Source: a virus (lineage: Duplodnaviria; Caudoviricetes). From it: DNA of 39,664 nucleotides. The position numbers and the translations under genes were made by a program. Shown piece by piece: positions 37,063-39,664 of the stretch; the first letter of the stretch is position 1, and every line of letters starts with the position of its first letter. The DNA is taken from the IMG/VR virus record IMGVR_UViG_3300032884_000028, positions 1-39,664 of that record; one strand, 5' to 3'. A model generated the notes under the pieces. The model did not search any database. It was not told the origin of the DNA and was given only the letters and a program-made list of their open reading frames with translations.

Positions 37063-39516
37063 TTATGCCCCTTCAAAATCAACCGTAGACGGTGTGTTAC
37101 CTAATAGACCCTGCAACTGGTTATCAAGTTCTGCAGGAGTCTTACTTAATAGATCCTGTTGTTCTTTACCTTTTGCAGTTGCGTTAGCCTTAGCTTCAGT
37201 TAGTCGTCTTTGATTCTCAATATCAGCATCTGTCTTAGCCTTCATCTGTTCACCACGAACCTCGTTAGCTTTATCAGAGCGCTCATTCTTAGCTGCCAAA
37301 TCAGCATCTTTTCTAGCATTATCTGTTTGAGCAACAAAGTCTTTACGCTGTGCATCCGACATAACAGCTTGAGTCTGTGCTTGATCTTGCATCTGTTTTT
37401 TCTTAGCTGCTTCAATCATTGCTTCAGCATTACGTTTGTTAAGCTGTGCCCACTGTACCAATTGCTTATAAGGTTTTTCCAACCGATTTAAAGTATCTCT
37501 ATAGAACTGTGGAGCTTTAGACATGAACTGAATATGCTGAGTTAAATGTGGAATACCAAGTTCCATTATCTGATTAGCATCGACAGGAGAAAGTTGCTGT
37601 TGGGCAACTGCTTGCACAACTTGACTTAGTGTTCCCATGTGTTCATCAGCATGAGCTGCTTGATCATTATCAGCACTAAAGGTTGCTTCCTTGCCTGCAG
37701 ACATCCAGTTATCTTCCTGCTTAGCAAGCGATGCACCACCTGAAAGTTCATCTCCTTGGCCGTCAGAAGATGCAAAAGTATTTACGTAATCAACACCTAA
37801 AGTAGCTGCTACCCATTCACGTTTATATGCTGCCAACTCTTGTTGGTTAAACGTTCCCATAATAGGACCTAATGATTCTAGTCCCATGATTCTTGCTAAT
37901 GTACTTCCATCCCCTGCTACTCTTGATGCCCGTACGCTCTTAAACTGCACTGGTAATCCATGTAAACCTTTCTTAGCAGTATCAAACAATACCTCTGGAA
38001 CACCTTCTTCAATACACCTTCTCTTAAATTCTTTAGCTAACTCATACCCTGGAGCATTAGCTTTCATCGTTAAGAAACGAATAAAGGTAGTTCTAATGAC
38101 TTTATCAAAGGTGTCATAAAAATGACTTACCATGTTTTTTAGAACGCCGAACTCTTTAAATGATTGTCTCTTAGCCTGTCCGTCGGATACAGATCCTTGT
38201 GACCTATCAGGATAACCTGGATCATCTCCTCCGTTGGCAATGTTTACGTCTAAGCCTTGGCTAAGATACTGTGATGCGCCAATAACCTGATTAAGGTTTG
38301 CGCCCATTGGATTAGGAACAAAGGTGTTAGAACCAATGTCCGTAAATACTCCTGGATAAATTCTAATTGCGGCTGCCTCTTTACCACCTGTGGATTGTGA
38401 TTGAATGAGCGGAGTAGATGACATTCTTGCCATATCTACCGTGGTACAATCGTTCATGTTGATAGCCTGCGCTATCGCAAACATCTTTGCCCCCACACCA
38501 ACGTTACCGTGAATGGTCCATTCACCAGGAGATGCCGTAAATACAAGCAATGCCTCTTCAATAGAATTGTACTGTCTATCCTGGAAGTATAAAAAGTCCT
38601 TAGTTAGCGTACTGCTACTTGCTGTAGTGACAGTATTAAACAAATCTGCGGAGAATATGTAATGACTTATTTTCCCGTCGCTATATTCCTTTTGATACAT
38701 GTTTATGAGACGGACCGTGTCGGTGAAGAACTGATTTACCTGAGCATCATTATTATCAATCCACCTTTGTAGATCCATCAAGTTCCACCCTGGGGATACT
38801 TGGTTCTGTGTCAAAGTATTGGCACGTAACAATAGGAAGGAGGCAATAGCTTCTTTGTTCCAGTTATCAGCATTCTTATCTTTGTAAATCTGGTAAAGGT
38901 CTTGGACTGTGTAAACAGACTCAACACAAAAGTTACTTAATTTAGTTAAAAAAACTTGAGTTTGTGCAGGGATAAAGAACTTAGATACATCGATAACTTC
39001 CCAGATAGGAGACTCTTCATGTGGGAATATAATAGGACATAGACCAAACTTAGTAAGCTGTGAGCCAAGTAAGTTAAAGTTAGGTTGGAAATCTTCCCAT
39101 TCTTTAACTACATCACTAAAGTTACGAGCAATAATATCAGCGTATTCCTGAGTCTTAGGAGCATTGCCTGCAAGTACTATCTTAGTAAAATACTCTGTAC
39201 TATTAATCAAATTCCAATACGCCTGTGCTGTTCTATCAAACAACGAGCGAGCTTTAAAATTATTAAAGTTGGCTGCGTGTCCTAGACCATTGGCCTCTAG
39301 TTCATCTTGATTGTACGGTGGATTACCTGCGATCTGTCCTTCGATAGCGCTATATACTGCGATGCGTTCAATGTGAGAATTACGTAGCGTAACGTATTGT
39401 TGGTAAGCAGCAGAAGTTGTTTGAATTATATTATCAGGTGCACCTACTCCTCCATCTTCAGTAGGATAAAGCATTGCTCGAATGAAAGGTGAAATACCGT
39501 TGTTATAATTTTCCAT
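37063..39516 (-). CDS. Portal protein with C-terminal coiled-coil barrel
   Basis: 817 aa at the head of the virion arm; 'G.G..MF.......N......VD.A.MS.TP', 'D...H...H' and a Q/A/K helical tail as in P22-like portals. Confidence 0.75.
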   Translation of the reverse strand: MENYNNGISPFIRAMLYPTEDGGVGAPDNIIQTTSAAYQQYVTLRNSHIERIAVYSAIEGQIAGNPPYNQDELEANGLGHAANFNNFKARSLFDRTAQAYWNLINSTEYFTKIVLAGNAPKTQEYADIIARNFSDVVKEWEDFQPNFNLLGSQLTKFGLCPIIFPHEESPIWEVIDVSKFFIPAQTQVFLTKLSNFCVESVYTVQDLYQIYKDKNADNWNKEAIASFLLLRANTLTQNQVSPGWNLMDLQRWIDNNDAQVNQFFTDTVRLINMYQKEYSDGKISHYIFSADLFNTVTTASSSTLTKDFLYFQDRQYNSIEEALLVFTASPGEWTIHGNVGVGAKMFAIAQAINMNDCTTVDMARMSSTPLIQSQSTGGKEAAAIRIYPGVFTDIGSNTFVPNPMGANLNQVIGASQYLSQGLDVNIANGGDDPGYPDRSQGSVSDGQAKRQSFKEFGVLKNMVSHFYDTFDKVIRTTFIRFLTMKANAPGYELAKEFKRRCIEEGVPEVLFDTAKKGLHGLPVQFKSVRASRVAGDGSTLARIMGLESLGPIMGTFNQQELAAYKREWVAATLGVDYVNTFASSDGQGDELSGGASLAKQEDNWMSAGKEATFSADNDQAAHADEHMGTLSQVVQAVAQQQLSPVDANQIMELGIPHLTQHIQFMSKAPQFYRDTLNRLEKPYKQLVQWAQLNKRNAEAMIEAAKKKQMQDQAQTQAVMSDAQRKDFVAQTDNARKDADLAAKNERSDKANEVRGEQMKAKTDADIENQRRLTEAKANATAKGKEQQDLLSKTPAELDNQLQGLLGNTPSTVDFEGA

Positions 39517-39519
39517 AAA

Positions 39520-39663
39520 CTACTGACCACTTAAACTTAATTGCCAACACTTAACCGACTTTAATTTTACTAATTCCTCATCATTAAACTTATCTAATTT
39601 TCCGTCAAAAAAGACTTTCGAGCGAAGGGAGCAACTACACACATCACAATTTCCCAATTGCTC
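39520..39663 (-). CDS. 3' end of a Cys-rich protein upstream of portal (partial)
   Basis: Manual translation ...EQLGNCDVCSCSLRSKVFFDGKLDKFNDEELVKLKSVKCWQLSLSGQ*; CxxCxC-L..KV...CW pattern; stops 3 nt before the portal ATG. Confidence 0.7.
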   Translation of the reverse strand, partial: EQLGNCDVCSCSLRSKVFFDGKLDKFNDEELVKLKSVKCWQLSLSGQ

Positions 39664-39664
39664 A

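Larger units (their letters stand above)
1..39664. mobile_element. Tailed dsDNA bacteriophage genome fragment (podovirus-like organisation)
   Basis: Dense coupled ORFs in two converging arms; PolA, RuvC-like, HNH, portal/scaffold/capsid order, ejection-like proteins with SLT; no tape measure or sheath recognisable and no host housekeeping genes. Confidence 0.95.

Noticed and set aside
1-39664. Stop-codon reassignment
   Set aside because: Genes are full length in the standard code, and TAA, TAG and TGA all occur as stops at tight gene junctions

Overview
About 39.7 kb internal fragment of an uncharacterised tailed dsDNA phage with a podovirus-like layout. Both ends cut through ORFs, and no terminase, helicase/primase or integrase is visible, so the genome extends beyond the window. 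The + strand arm (1-8168) encodes a GT2/SAM-methyltransferase fusion, an HNH endonuclease, a family A DNA polymerase (Leu762 type), GT92-like and GT2 glycosyltransferases, a secreted protein, a RuvC-like resolvase and a DUF5675 protein. The converging - strand arm (39663-8146) is a virion module: portal, scaffold-like protein, a major capsid protein with a Cys-rich C-terminal extension, a decoration-like protein, three Gly-X-Gln collagen-like fibres, modular Cys-rich fibre proteins, nozzle/adaptor-like tail proteins and four ejection-like proteins (one with an SLT domain, one with an S74 chaperone). A Zn-ribbon/Vsr-like/GNAT-like putative homing endonuclease is inserted antisense between scaffold and capsid. 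Most notable: (i) a probable Cys-tagged, possibly glycosylated collagen 'coat' system; (ii) four ORFs missed by the ORF track, including a stand-alone copy of a fibre anchor peptide and a 2-TM membrane peptide; (iii) a (TTT)ACA-N16/17-GCAnnAT motif in four minus-strand intergenic gaps; (iv) a structured leader before the capsid gene. All functional calls come from motif recognition by eye; no searches were run.
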